Origin: an uncultured virus (IMG/VR IMGVR_UViG_3300037067_021324) | Lineage: Duplodnaviria > Heunggongvirae > Uroviricota > Caudoviricetes | Reading direction: 5' to 3' (one strand) | DNA length: 64,000 nt | IMG/VR virus record: IMGVR_UViG_3300037067_021324 | Shown here: in pieces, positions 1-11,900 of the stretch | Layout of the letters: every line of letters starts with the position of its first letter | Numbering within the stretch: position 1 is the stretch's first letter | The notes under the pieces: model-generated | The model's database searches: none | Seen by the model: only the letters and a program-made list of their open reading frames with translations | What the model was told of the DNA's origin: nothing | Translations under genes and position numbers: made by a program

Positions 1-1380
1 CAGGGAGAGATAGCTATTAATACAACAGACAAAAAGATATTTTCTTTTAATGGAGTAAATGTGTTTGAAATAGGGTCAAATTCTTTTCTTGGATTAAGTG
101 GGGGAACTATTAGTGGAAATTTGACTGCCACTACATTTTATGGTAGTGGTAGTGGATTATCTGATGTTGTTCATAGACATGATAATGAAACTATTTATGG
201 AACAAAAAAATTTACAAATAGTATTGAACTTGATGGTATTTATCATAATCCCAATGTTGGAGTATTAACTGTATTATCTGGATTATCTTTGTGGCTAGCA
301 GCAAATAGTGGCATTACAGAAGTTGGTGGAATTGTATCTCAATGGAATGATTTATCTGGTAATGAAAATCATGCAATTCAAAATACTTCTGATTATAGAC
401 CAATATTTATTGAAAATGAGATAAATGGACTTCCTGTTATTAGATTTGATGGTAGTAATGATTTTATGGAATTTAATGAGATAACAGACACTCGTACTGC
501 ATTTTTTGTTGTAAAACACAGAACAGGTTCACAAGCATATGCTCCAATATTAGGACATCCCACTGTATATGATTGGTGTGCTGGAGATACTCCAGATAAA
601 TTATTTGGATTAAATACTAGTATTTATATAAGAAATGGTTCAGCATTTGTAAATGGCACTTCTACTCCAGTACTATCAATAGTTTTACCAACTACATTTA
701 GTACTATATCTGTAATAACTACTGGTAATGTAAGAGAAAAATATATTACATTAGATAGAGATTATATAGGTTCAAGGTGTTGGGATGGAGATTATGCAGA
801 GATAATAATATATAATAGAGCTTTATCATCAGAAGAAAGAACTATAGTTGAAGCATATTTAAGTGAAAAGTATTCAATAGGAGTTGAACCAACTCCTGCA
901 TATAATGGGTTTATTGTAAAAAGAGGAAATAGCACTACTGATTATCACTTTTTATATAATTCTATTGACAATATTTTTAGAATGGGAGTAAGTGGGACAA
1001 CAAATAAAGTTTCAACTAGAGAGGATACACCTATTCAAAATGGATTTGCTTATTGGAGTTCTGGAGACAGTAGATTTAATACAACAAAATCTATAACTGC
1101 TTCCACAATAATATCAGGTGATACAAATTTATATAATATATTTTCCCAAATTGGGCATACTCACTCAATAATAGATATAAATAATCTATCAAATAGTTTA
1201 AATACAAAAGCAAATTTAAGTGGAGCAACATTTTCAGCACAAATAAATACCCCAATTATAAGTGCAACAACGGTTTCTGCTGAAACAATTTATTCTGCAA
1301 CAACAGATTTGTATAAAATTATTTTATCAATAGTAACAGCTTCTACAAGTGATATGTATTTTGTGTGGAATGTTTTATAA
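1..1380 (+). CDS. Tail fibre/adhesin with LamG (concanavalin A-like) domain; 5' end lies before the window
   Basis: Frame is open from base 1 (QGEIAINTTDKKIF, a typical phage fibre N-terminal motif). LWLAANSG..VSQWNDLSGN..FDGSND..AEIIIYNRALS..E...VEAYL is LamG-like, with S/T/G-rich fibre repeats. Confidence 0.7.
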   Translation, partial: QGEIAINTTDKKIFSFNGVNVFEIGSNSFLGLSGGTISGNLTATTFYGSGSGLSDVVHRHDNETIYGTKKFTNSIELDGIYHNPNVGVLTVLSGLSLWLAANSGITEVGGIVSQWNDLSGNENHAIQNTSDYRPIFIENEINGLPVIRFDGSNDFMEFNEITDTRTAFFVVKHRTGSQAYAPILGHPTVYDWCAGDTPDKLFGLNTSIYIRNGSAFVNGTSTPVLSIVLPTTFSTISVITTGNVREKYITLDRDYIGSRCWDGDYAEIIIYNRALSSEERTIVEAYLSEKYSIGVEPTPAYNGFIVKRGNSTTDYHFLYNSIDNIFRMGVSGTTNKVSTREDTPIQNGFAYWSSGDSRFNTTKSITASTIISGDTNLYNIFSQIGHTHSIIDINNLSNSLNTKANLSGATFSAQINTPIISATTVSAETIYSATTDLYKIILSIVTASTSDMYFVWNVL

Positions 1381-1390
1381 AAAATAAATT

Positions 1391-3118
1391 ATGGCAATAT
1401 ATTATATACGTACTGATGGTGATGATTCTAACGATGGATTAGGATATACTGCTTCTGGTGGAGCTCATAATGCATTTAAAACACTTGCAAGAGCTATAGC
1501 CGTTGTAGCGGCTGGAGATACTGTGCGAATAGCTCCGGGCACTTACCATGAAACAATGACATTGGCAACGGCTGGAGGCGCTTCTACAATAATAACTTGG
1601 TGGGGAGATAAAGAGTCACAGTATTTTTTGGATTTAAAACCTGGACCTGTAAGAATAACTGGCTGTGATACTGTAACTGGTATTGGCTCTGCGATTAGGG
1701 TAATAGATACAAATGCAAAGTCTAATAACAATTTTTATAATTTGGTAATTGATGGCACTACATCTTTAGCAACAAGTTATGGGATGTATACTGTTAATGC
1801 AACTATTAATATATATGATTGTGTAATCAATGGGGGCACATATGGTGTTTATACAACAGCAACATATAGAACATCATTATATAGATGTATTTTATACGGG
1901 TCAAGTTTCTCAGCTCAATTTTGTTATTCTTATAATTGTTTATCTTTAGCTGGTGGATTTACTGGGGCAGGAGTTGCTTATAGTTGTATAGCTATAGGAG
2001 GTTATCGAGGATTTTATAATATACCTTGTTATAATTGTACATCATTTTCAACGCAGTATGGATTTCAAGTATCTGCTGTTGTTTATCAAACAATGTATAA
2101 TTGTACAGCAATATCATGTAATGCTGCAGCCTTTGCAGCTGGAACATTAAGTACAAATAAAATAGATTTGGTTAATTGTAAAGCAATAAGCTGTGGAGCA
2201 ATTTTATTAAATGCAAATAACGCTGGTTATAAGACAAATTTAAACAGTGTAAGATATTCAAATTGTGCATCAATAGCAACTGCTGGAACATATGAAGGAA
2301 CACCAACAGAAACTAAATTTGAAGGTTATAATGATATTTTAAGATTACTAAAATTAGCAACAGTACTCAAATTTGATATATTTGAAAATGACTGGAGTAC
2401 AGATAATCATTTATTAACTGTTACAGGAAGCTCTGCAAGTAATGATTATATAAGTGCTGGCACCTATAATAGTCAAATATTATATCAGTCGATATATAAA
2501 AATTATTTAATTTTTAATTCAACTACAAAAGCGCCCAATAATTGGTTAGTACAAGCAAATACAGGTGCAACACCAGATGAAACTGTAGTAAATTATGCTT
2601 CAGCGACAACATTAATTGGCACATATACTAATGTTGGTACATGGACAGGAACAACAATAATTTCAAATTATGTTCCAATGGCATTTGATTTGGATTATGA
2701 TATTTTGCGTAATCCCCGTAGGATGGGAAGTGGTGCTACTTTAGATTGTGGGGCTTATGAATATAGTAATGTTGAAATGGAATGGAATATATATAAGAAT
2801 TCTGCTCCAGCAATAAGAATAACTCAAGCTGGTATAAAAAATATTGTAACAACAGCAAAGAAAGGAATAGAAAAAACAGCTCAAGTTTGGGTATATTTTA
2901 GTGGTTCAACATTAAAGCCACAATTGATAATAAATTCTTCAGAAAATATTTTATCAACAACTGGTACAACAGTAACAGCTTCTGGATTGGAAAATACTTG
3001 GGAATTACTAACAGCAAAAATTACTCCAATAGCCGATGGAACATTGACTATAAATTTCTACTGTAGAGAAACAGCTTTAAATACTTATGCAATATTTTCT
3101 AATTTTAAATTAAATTAA
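1391..3118 (+). CDS. Right-handed beta-helix (pectin lyase-like) virion protein with choice-of-anchor-Q-like motif and C-terminal beta-sandwich
   Basis: YYIRTDGDDSNDG..AFKTLARA..AGDTVRIAPGTY beta-helix cap, Cys/Tyr/Gly rungs, and DILRNPRRMGSGATLDCGAYEY. Confidence 0.7.
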   Translation: MAIYYIRTDGDDSNDGLGYTASGGAHNAFKTLARAIAVVAAGDTVRIAPGTYHETMTLATAGGASTIITWWGDKESQYFLDLKPGPVRITGCDTVTGIGSAIRVIDTNAKSNNNFYNLVIDGTTSLATSYGMYTVNATINIYDCVINGGTYGVYTTATYRTSLYRCILYGSSFSAQFCYSYNCLSLAGGFTGAGVAYSCIAIGGYRGFYNIPCYNCTSFSTQYGFQVSAVVYQTMYNCTAISCNAAAFAAGTLSTNKIDLVNCKAISCGAILLNANNAGYKTNLNSVRYSNCASIATAGTYEGTPTETKFEGYNDILRLLKLATVLKFDIFENDWSTDNHLLTVTGSSASNDYISAGTYNSQILYQSIYKNYLIFNSTTKAPNNWLVQANTGATPDETVVNYASATTLIGTYTNVGTWTGTTIISNYVPMAFDLDYDILRNPRRMGSGATLDCGAYEYSNVEMEWNIYKNSAPAIRITQAGIKNIVTTAKKGIEKTAQVWVYFSGSTLKPQLIINSSENILSTTGTTVTASGLENTWELLTAKITPIADGTLTINFYCRETALNTYAIFSNFKLN

Positions 3119-3145
3119 AACAATAATATTTATATAAATAATACT

Positions 3146-3457
3146 ATGAAAATTAAAACAGGACAAACTATTTATGAATCAATTGTGTCTATAGATATGA
3201 ATAACAATCCGATTTCTGCTGCTACATTGACAACTTATTTATATAAAAATGGAATTATTTGTACAGAAAGTTCGGTAGATATTTCTTTAACGGATGCAAT
3301 AAATGCTATATTTACCGCATCTTGGTCTGCTGTTTCTTATGGGAGTTATCAATTATATTCAAAAAACAACACAACAAATATTATATATATTTCAGATGTT
3401 TATTTTGTAGTGCCTGATGATGATGAGGTAGATGCTGTTGTATATGTTGGACTTTAA
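3146..3457 (+). CDS. Small beta-rich (Ig/BppU-like) virion protein
   Basis: ORF in the fibre cluster with TATTTATA 11 nt upstream; fold guessed from alternating hydrophobic pattern. Confidence 0.45.
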   Translation: MKIKTGQTIYESIVSIDMNNNPISAATLTTYLYKNGIICTESSVDISLTDAINAIFTASWSAVSYGSYQLYSKNNTTNIIYISDVYFVVPDDDEVDAVVYVGL

Positions 3458-3471
3458 ATTAAATTAATTAA

Positions 3472-4167
3472 ATGGCAGATAGAGAAATAAGATATTTATT
3501 TAGGTCAAAATTTACTTCTGGAAGTACATTGCTACCTTCTGATGGTGTTATTAGTGAGCCATTTGTTAATGTTTTTGAAGGTAGAATGTTTTTTTATGGA
3601 GTTCCTGGAGGCACTTATACTCTTGGAACTGGACAAGAAAATGTGTTTGAAGTTGGAGGAAATGTAGGTTTTGCAAATATTTTTAGTGGAATTAATATAA
3701 ATAATAAATTTATTGTAACAGGTACAACAGGGCAAATAACAAATTATCAAGGGATTACTAATTTAAGTGGTTATTTTTTAAGTGGAACTTCTTATGGATT
3801 TGTATTAGCACCAATTAGTAATATTCAGTCTTCTGCAGTATCAATATATGTCCAACCTGGATTAAATACTTATACAGCAGGCACAAGTACCAATCCTTCA
3901 ATAAATATTTCTGCTGCAACTTTAAATTCGTTGAATGTAAGCGGGACATCATTATTCAATATTATTTCAGCAAGTACAATAAGTGCAAATACTATTTTTG
4001 TACACAGTATGTCTGGACTTTCTCCTATTGCAATTAATGGAATTACTATAGAAAATAAAAGTGTTACAGCATCTACGATTAAAGCAGACGTAATTATTTC
4101 TGGAAACACAAATTTATGGGATATGTTCACGGGAATAACATATCCTTATTTAGTATGGAATTTATAA
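3472..4167 (+). CDS. Short tail-fibre-like protein, partly paralogous to 1..1380
   Basis: Shares VFE(I/V)G, IISG(D/N)TNL and C-terminal Y(F/L)VWN(V)L motifs with the first ORF. Confidence 0.55.
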   Translation: MADREIRYLFRSKFTSGSTLLPSDGVISEPFVNVFEGRMFFYGVPGGTYTLGTGQENVFEVGGNVGFANIFSGININNKFIVTGTTGQITNYQGITNLSGYFLSGTSYGFVLAPISNIQSSAVSIYVQPGLNTYTAGTSTNPSINISAATLNSLNVSGTSLFNIISASTISANTIFVHSMSGLSPIAINGITIENKSVTASTIKADVIISGNTNLWDMFTGITYPYLVWNL

Positions 4168-4178
4168 AATATAAAGTT

Positions 4179-4604
4179 ATGAGTAATAATAGTAAAGATA
4201 ATAGTAAAGATAGTACAAAATTAACAAATAAAGAATTAAAAAGAATAGTTAAGGACTTAAATGATGATAATTTTAGTTATACGAGAGACATTGTTTATTC
4301 TGGAAATACCTTTTCTATATTAACGGCAACAACTTTAAATAATGATTTAATTCTTGATACTGAATTAAATATTGATTTGTTATATGATGAAAAATATAGG
4401 CCACGAGAAGTAATTCTTTCTGCAGAAGAGCAAGTTTTAAATAATATAAGGATTCAATCAGATTATGTAGAAAATAAATATTATGAAGGAAATTATATTA
4501 ATTATATTATAGAAAGTTCTAGTACAATAAATAAAATAGTTAAAGTTACATTTTTATATGATGGGAATCATAGGGATAAAGGAATACATTTAGAAATTTT
4601 ATAA
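4179..4604 (+). CDS. Hypothetical protein (start moved to ATG 4179)
   Basis: In-frame ATG just after the upstream stop; avoids a 52-nt overlap. Confidence 0.55.
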   Translation: MSNNSKDNSKDSTKLTNKELKRIVKDLNDDNFSYTRDIVYSGNTFSILTATTLNNDLILDTELNIDLLYDEKYRPREVILSAEEQVLNNIRIQSDYVENKYYEGNYINYIIESSSTINKIVKVTFLYDGNHRDKGIHLEIL

Positions 4605-5777
4605 TGGCAACAATATATTATATAAGGGAAGATGGAAATGATATTAATTCTGGAACGGGATATACAATATCAAATGCTTGGAAAACTATTGCAAAAGCAA
4701 TATCGGTTATTAATGCGGGAGATACTATAATAATAGCCCCAGGTACTTATCATGAAACAATGACACTAGCAACATCTGGAAGTATTTCTACTGTAATAGT
4801 TTGGTGGGGAGATAAAGAGGCTCAATATTTCTTGGACTTAAAACCAGGGCCTGTAAGAATAACAAATTGCAATTCTAGTACAGGTATAGGAACAGCTTCA
4901 AATACTATTAATTGTAATTCAAAANNNNNNNNNNNNNNNNNNNNNNNNNNNNNNNNNNNNNNNNNNNNNNNNNNNNNNNNNNNNNNNNNNNNNNNNNNNN
5001 NNNNNNNNNNNNNNNNNNNNNNNNACTGATTTACATAAACTTACCGTAACAAACGTAACATCTCCTGCATCTGCGAATAATGATTATGTAATTGTTGGTA
5101 TATATAATAATGAAAATCTTTATCAGTCTATATTTAAAAATTATTTATTATTTTATTCTGCAACTAAATATCCGAATAATTGGATACTTTATGCAAGTAC
5201 AACAACAACACCAATAGATGATGAAACAAAATATGATTTTGCTTTTAATTCTTCATTAACTGGAGTGTTTTCAAATTCTGGAAATTGGTCAGGAACAACA
5301 ACGGTTTCAGATTATACTCCAATAGTGTTTTCTGAAAATTATGATTTTTTAAGAAATCCAAGAAGAATGGGAAGTGGAACAACGTTAGATTGTGGTCCAT
5401 TTGAATATTCAAATGCAAATTTAGATTGGACAATATATAAAACTTTTGCCCCTTCTATTAGAATTAATCAAATTGGAAATAAAACATTAACTATAACAGT
5501 AAAAGCAAATGTAATTAAAACTATATCATGTTGGGTCAATTTCAATTTAGATACAACTGCAGATACTTCTCCTAAACCACAAATGATAATAAATTCGTCA
5601 GAAGATATTTTAACAACAGCATTAACGGCAACAACAACGGGTTCTGGAAGCGGCTGGGAACAACTTATAAGTACTTTTAAACCTAAAGCATCTGGCTTTT
5701 TAACAGTAAATTTTCAAACAAGATATCAGGGAGATTCAAATGCCGCTGTTACATATTTTTCTGATATTTCTTTATAA
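4604..5777 (+). CDS. Second beta-helix virion protein (paralog of 1391..3118), interrupted by the assembly gap
   Basis: The 5' part matches the paralog (GTYHETMTLAT..WWGDKE.QYFLDLKPGPVRIT). After the Ns, 5025 onward reads TDLHKLTVT..NDY..LYQSIFKNYL..PNNW and continues in frame into 5265..5777 (DFLRNPRRMGSGTTLDCGPFEY). Confidence 0.75.
4925..5024. other. Assembly gap of 100 N
   Basis: Run of n; alignment to the paralog implies roughly 0.7 kb is really missing. Confidence 0.95.
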
Positions 5778-5882
5778 AGTTAAATAAGTATATTCTAGTT
5801 ATTTATACATTGTTAAATAAATTATTTAAATCATTAATTACTTGAATATTATATTTTATAACTATTTATATAGAAAATATAT

Positions 5883-8800
5883 ATGGATTTAACAAAAAGT
5901 CAAGATGAATATTTAAGATGTGCAGTAGACCCTATTTATTTTTTAAATAATTATGGATACGTATTTGATGCAAGAAAACAGCACGTTGAAAAGATGACAT
6001 GTTTTGAATATCAGGAAGAATGTGTTCATAAATTTCATAAGTATAGAAATAATATAATTTTAAAATCGAGACAAACTGGTATGTCTGTAATAACGGCTGG
6101 ATATGTTGCATGGAGATTAATATTTAGAAAAGATGAAAAAATATTAATTATTGCTAATGATGGGGATGGAGCCGTTAGATTTTTATCAGCAGTAAAGCAA
6201 TTTATAGATTATACTCCTTTATGGTTATTACCAAAAAAAGGAATTAGACTTGTAGATAATCAAAAAGAAATTAAATTAGGAAATAAATCTTTTGCAAAGG
6301 CAAAAGCTAGTAGTCAGCAGGCTGGGCGTGGAGATTCTTTGACATTACTTGTTCTTGATGAAACTGCATTTATTGATTATGCTGAAGATATATGGATGGC
6401 CGCTGGTATTGCATTATCAGCGACTTTAGGAAAATGTATAATGTTAAGTACCCCAAATGGTAGTGGAGGATTATATCATTCAATATGGACTAATGCAATT
6501 GGAAAAGTAGGAGATTATGAAATGGATGATTTCGTACCAACAGAGGTTCATTGGACACAAAATCCATATTCCGCAGAAGGTCTTGAATTAAGAGAAGATG
6601 AAAATGGGGAAAAGATTTACTGGAGTCCATGGTACGAAAGTGAATGTAAAAGGATGCAATATGATAAGGTAAAAATTGCACAAGAACTTGATTTATCTTT
6701 TGAGGGTTCTAAGTATTTAGCTATCGAAAATGAACTAATAAATAAATATGAAAAACGTTTACTTTTAGATGAATATAAACTTATTGAAAAAAATAAAATT
6801 TTTTATGATTATAAAAATAAGCCAGGAGAAAGATTTGCTAAATATGAAACACATTTTCAAATTTTTAAACCATATGTTCCAGGGCATAAATATTTGTTTG
6901 GATGTCTTCTTCCAGAAGAAAAGGTTTTAACAAATAATGGTTTAAAAGAAATTCAAAATGTTTCTTTTAAAGATAAATTAATTGATGAAAATGGGAATTA
7001 TATTAATATAATAAATAAACAAATATACAATGCTATTAATGAAGATGTTTTTGAAATAAAAGTTGATAATACGTACAGAACAACAACTTTTACAAAGGAA
7101 CATCCAATTTTAATCAGTCAAAATCATAAAATTAAAAGGGCATATGACCCAATTTTAAAAAAAGAAGGTAAAAGATATTGGGACTTTAATTTTAATTATA
7201 TTAAAGCTGAAAATATAAATGTTGGTAATTGGATTAAAATACCTAATATATATAAAAAAGAATTAAATATTAACATAAACGAAAAGTGGTGTTTTAATAA
7301 TAATGTGAGAAAAGATTTTGTTATAAATTCCCCTATTGACAATAAAGATTTTTGGTGGTTTGTTGGAATGTGGCTGGGTGATGGGTGGATAGGAAAATAT
7401 AATAATTCTTATTCTATTTCTGTGTGTTTTAATAAATTAGAATATTTTTATGTTAAAAAAATTAAAAATATAATAAAAAATTTATTTAACAGAAATATAT
7501 CAATTACAGAAAAAGATACAGTTTTTGAAATTACGTTTAACAATAAAGAATTATATTATTTTTTATTAGAGAATTTTGGGCAATATTCAGGAGGAAAGAA
7601 AATAAGTGAATGGGTTAAATATATTTCAAAGCAATATAAAATAGAACTAATAAAAGGATATTTTGATAGCGATGGATGTTGGATTAAATCAATTAAAAAT
7701 GGTAGGGCAAATTCTAAAATTTCTTTTGTCAGTATAAATTTAGAATTGTTAGAATCGATTCAAGACATTTTGTTCTCTATTGGAATAATTTCTGGGTTAC
7801 ACAAATTAAGAGATGTTAGAAAACAATTAATACAAGGGAAAGAATATCTATGTAAAAAATGTTATAATTTATGTCTATTTAATTTTGATAGTTTAAAATT
7901 AATAAATTTATTAAATGATGAGTCTGATATAAAATTAAATAAATTTAAAATTTCAGAATTTTATAATAAAAATAAAAGAATAGTAAGTTCATGCCATTTT
8001 AGCAATAATGAAGAATTTATTTATTTTAAAATAAAAGATATTAAAAAAAGAAAATTTACTGGTAAAGTTTATAATTTTGAATGTGAAACTAACACATTTA
8101 TGTGCCATCATATAACTACTCATAATTGTGATGTTGCAAGGGGAGATGGACATGATTATTCTACAATTGAAATAATTGATATAGATACATTAGAAGTCGT
8201 TGGAGAATATAAAAACAAAATTGCACCTGATTTATTTGCCCATGTAATTTATAATGCTGGGATGGATTATGGAGAAGCATATTTGGTAGTGGAATGTAAT
8301 AACAATGGTCTAGCAACAGCTATTGATTTAAGTAGAAAAATGAATTATGGAAGAATGTATTATTCAAAAAATATTCAAGAGATTTATGTGAGACCTTATG
8401 ATTATAAAGTTGCAGAAAATGAAATTATTCCAGGATTTCAGACAACAAAAACAACAAGACCATTAATTATAAATAATTTAAGGATTCACATGCGAGAAGG
8501 AACTTTAAAAATTTATTCAAAACGTTTAATGGGAGAATTTAATACATTTATTCAAAATGGAGTTAGAGCAGAGGCAGAAAAAGGAAAAAATGATGACTTG
8601 ATATTTGCTCTAATGATAGCACTATTTATAAGAGATACAGAATACCAGAATGCAGCTGCAACAAAAGAAATGTATAAAGGTATGCTTGATGCAATTGGAT
8701 ACGTAAGTAAAACAATTGATGGTAAAGATTTTTATTCAAATCCTTCTTCTGAAAAAATATCAGATGTTCCTCCAGATGCTGGCGGAATATTTTTTAATGA

Positions 8801-8885
8801 TTTTTCTAATAGTAATAAAGATAATCAATTAGATGATAATAATGATATAGATTGGCTATTATCTCCAATTCCCAAAAAGGCTTGA
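5883..8885 (+). CDS. terL: Terminase large subunit (T4 gp17-like) with intein
   Basis: KSRQTGMS Walker A, LLVLDETAF Walker B, STPNG, nuclease G|CDVARGDG..DYS and NDDLIFA. Confidence 0.93.
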   Translation: MDLTKSQDEYLRCAVDPIYFLNNYGYVFDARKQHVEKMTCFEYQEECVHKFHKYRNNIILKSRQTGMSVITAGYVAWRLIFRKDEKILIIANDGDGAVRFLSAVKQFIDYTPLWLLPKKGIRLVDNQKEIKLGNKSFAKAKASSQQAGRGDSLTLLVLDETAFIDYAEDIWMAAGIALSATLGKCIMLSTPNGSGGLYHSIWTNAIGKVGDYEMDDFVPTEVHWTQNPYSAEGLELREDENGEKIYWSPWYESECKRMQYDKVKIAQELDLSFEGSKYLAIENELINKYEKRLLLDEYKLIEKNKIFYDYKNKPGERFAKYETHFQIFKPYVPGHKYLFGCLLPEEKVLTNNGLKEIQNVSFKDKLIDENGNYINIINKQIYNAINEDVFEIKVDNTYRTTTFTKEHPILISQNHKIKRAYDPILKKEGKRYWDFNFNYIKAENINVGNWIKIPNIYKKELNININEKWCFNNNVRKDFVINSPIDNKDFWWFVGMWLGDGWIGKYNNSYSISVCFNKLEYFYVKKIKNIIKNLFNRNISITEKDTVFEITFNNKELYYFLLENFGQYSGGKKISEWVKYISKQYKIELIKGYFDSDGCWIKSIKNGRANSKISFVSINLELLESIQDILFSIGIISGLHKLRDVRKQLIQGKEYLCKKCYNLCLFNFDSLKLINLLNDESDIKLNKFKISEFYNKNKRIVSSCHFSNNEEFIYFKIKDIKKRKFTGKVYNFECETNTFMCHHITTHNCDVARGDGHDYSTIEIIDIDTLEVVGEYKNKIAPDLFAHVIYNAGMDYGEAYLVVECNNNGLATAIDLSRKMNYGRMYYSKNIQEIYVRPYDYKVAENEIIPGFQTTKTTRPLIINNLRIHMREGTLKIYSKRLMGEFNTFIQNGVRAEAEKGKNDDLIFALMIALFIRDTEYQNAAATKEMYKGMLDAIGYVSKTIDGKDFYSNPSSEKISDVPPDAGGIFFNDFSNSNKDNQLDDNNDIDWLLSPIPKKA
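6903..8126 (+). mobile_element. Intein (408 aa) with LAGLIDADG homing endonuclease in terminase
   Basis: Starts CLLPEEKV; block B TKEHPIL; GMWLGDG and IKGYFDSDG; ends VYNFECE..THN followed by +1 Cys. Confidence 0.92.
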
Positions 8886-8926
8886 TTTTAAATTAGAAAT
8901 TATTATATTTATTAAAAACAAAAATA

Positions 8927-11900
8927 ATGGCAGAAAATGAAAAAAATAATAGAGTAACTGTGTTTAGTGGAGTATTTGATGCTCTTAATACCAATAGAAG
9001 AAAAAAAAGTACAATAGACCCACAATCTCCAGGAATGGGGGTTACACAGGCTATGCCAAGTTTAAATCCCAGAGACGGTATTGAAACTATGCAACAGCAG
9101 TATTTAGATTGGCAAGTGTTTAAAACTTCTCATGATTTATATACAAGAACAATTTATTATGATACTGATAGAATAAGTGCATATCAAGATTTTAGAGCTA
9201 TGGACGGAACCCCAGAAATAGCAGCAGCTTTGAATATAATTCGTGATGAATGCCTTACTAGAAGCGAAAGAGGGAATATACTTGAAGTTTATTCGGAAAA
9301 CAAAAGAGTTAAGCAGGTTTTAAATGATTTGTTTAAAAATGTTTTAAATGTAGATTTTAATTTAAGACTTTGGATAAGAGATTTGGTAAAATATGGCGAT
9401 TATTTTGTTTATCTAGAAATTGACAGAGAAGTTGGGATATATGATTTTCTTACGCTTCCAATGGAAGAAGTTCATAGAGAAGAAGGTTATGATGGAAAAA
9501 CCTCTTCGATAAGATTTAGATGGGAAACAACTGGTGATTATTTTGAAGAATGGCAAATAGCTCATTTTAGATTATTGGAAGATAGCAGGAAATTGCCTTA
9601 TGGAAGATGTTTAAAATTTGATACATATATTGAGACGGGAAATGGAGTTAAATTTATAAAGGATATTGTAAAAGGAGAAAAAGTTTTTTCTTTTGATATA
9701 ATTACTCAAGAAAAAGTAGAAACAGAAGTATTAGATGTTATTTGTTCTGGAAAAAAAAATATTTATAAAATAAGAACAAAAAATAATGAAATTGAATCTT
9801 CTATTGAACATAAATTTTTAATTTATGAAGATAATAAGTTTGTTTATAAAGGGGTTGATGAATTAAAAATTAATGATTTATTGGTTACAGAAAAAGAAAA
9901 TTTTAATATAAGAAAAAAAATAAAAATAGATAAAGAGTTTATTAAAAAAAATATAAACTGGAATGATTATAAAAGAAATATTGAATTAATTCCAGATTTT
10001 GTTAATGAAGATTTTGCTAAATTATTTGGATTTATGTTGGGTGATGGGTGGTGCTCAAATAATGCCGTTTATATAGCATTAGGTATTGATGAAAAAATAA
10101 ATTCTAAGTATTGCAATTTATTAAACAAATTCTCTGGGAAAAATATTAAATTAAAAGAAAATAAATCTTATAAAAAAACAAAATTTCAACAAGCACATGT
10201 AAATTCTAGACTTTTAAAAGAAATTTTAATAAATATGGGGTTTGCTGGAAAATGCTTTGAAAAGAGATTACCAGAGTGGATTTTTATAGCTCCAAATAAC
10301 ATTAAAGAAGCTTTAATTGAAGGTATTTTAGATGCGGATGGTTCAGAATTTGTTGATGAATGGAACTGTAAAAGATATTCAATTGAATTAGCTAATGAAT
10401 ATTTAATAAAAGATTTAAAAATCCTCTTGCAAAGAATGGGAAGAAAGTGTGGAAAAATTTGCGATAGAGATAGAAAAAAAACTATTATTTGGGGCAAAGA
10501 ATATAATGTTAGAAAAAGTTTTTATTTATATTTTTATGATTCAAATATAAAGCAATGTGATAAATATGAGATAAGGAACAGAAAGAATAAAAATTTTATT
10601 TTAACTCCAATTATTTCAATAGAAAACACATTTGAATATGCTAATACATATGATATTTATGTTAAAAATGAGAATCATAATTTTTATGCAAATGGTATGA
10701 TAGTCCATAATTCCATTCTGGACTCAAGTAGAAAACTCTGGAAACAATTACAACTCGCAGAAGATGCAATGTTAGTATATCGTATTACGAGAGCTCCAGA
10801 TAGAAGAGTTTTTTATGTTGAAGTAGGAAACTTGCCAGATGCAGATGTAAAAACTTACATGGGTAAGGTACAAAATCAAATTAGAAAACAGCCAATTATT
10901 GATGTTAAAACTGGTAATATGACACAAAAATATGACCCAGAGAATGTAACAGAAGATTATTGGATACCAATTAGAGGAGATAAATCATCAAGAATAGAAA
11001 CTTTACCAGGTGCAGCTAATTTGGGAGATATTCATGATATTGAATATTTACAAAATAAATTATTTGCAGCACTTCAAGTCCCAAAACCATATTTAAATTT
11101 TGGAGAATCAATGCCAGGAGGGAGTACTCTTTCTCAAGCAGATATCAGATTTTCAAGAACAATAAATTCAATTCAGGAAGCTATTTTATTAGAATTAAGA
11201 AGAGTTGCTAATGTTCATTTATATTTTTCTGGACTTTTAGATGATATTGATAATTTTCAACTTACCTTAACAAATCCTTCAACACAGCAGGAATTGCTAA
11301 AATTAGAAACAATGAAGGCAAGATTAGAAGTTTTCAAAGAATTCTTTAATAGTGAGGTTACATCTCCAACATCTTACACATGGGCTATGGAAAATATATT
11401 AGGATTTTCAAAATCCGATATTAAACTTATATTAAAGCAGAAAAAAGTTGAAAAGAAAATATTTGCTGAAATTGATAGTTCTGTTGAAACATATAAGAAA
11501 ATTGGTTTATTTTCTGATTTGGATGATAGGTATGAGGACCCAGAAGCTGCAGCTGCTGTGGCAGCCGGAGGTATTACTGCTGATGGGAAAGAAGGAGAAG
11601 ATAATATGGGGGGCGGAGGTGGAGGTCTCGGCGGAGGATTGGATTTGGGCGGAGGTGGAGTTCCTCCAATGGGAGGAGTTGAAGGAGAAACTCCAGAAGG
11701 AGAAACTCCAGAAGGAGAAACTCCAGAAGGAGAAACGAAGACGGGAACTGCTGCCCCAGAAGGTGAAGAAGAGGTTCCTATAAAAGAAAATAAAATTGTT
11801 AGATACATGAAGAAATCTGATAATAGAATGAATAATTTTATTAACGAATTGTTAGGACCAGATGAAGAAATTATTAAACTTATGAAAGAAAAAAGTAAGA

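Noticed and set aside
4604..5777. Two separate genes or a pseudogene at 4604..5029 and 5265..5777
   Set aside because: The frame break is caused by the arbitrary 100-N gap; both halves align to one paralog.
1..5777. Diversity-generating retroelement acting on the fibre genes
   Set aside because: No reverse transcriptase in the window, and the paralog differences are not confined to adenines as in a TR/VR pair.
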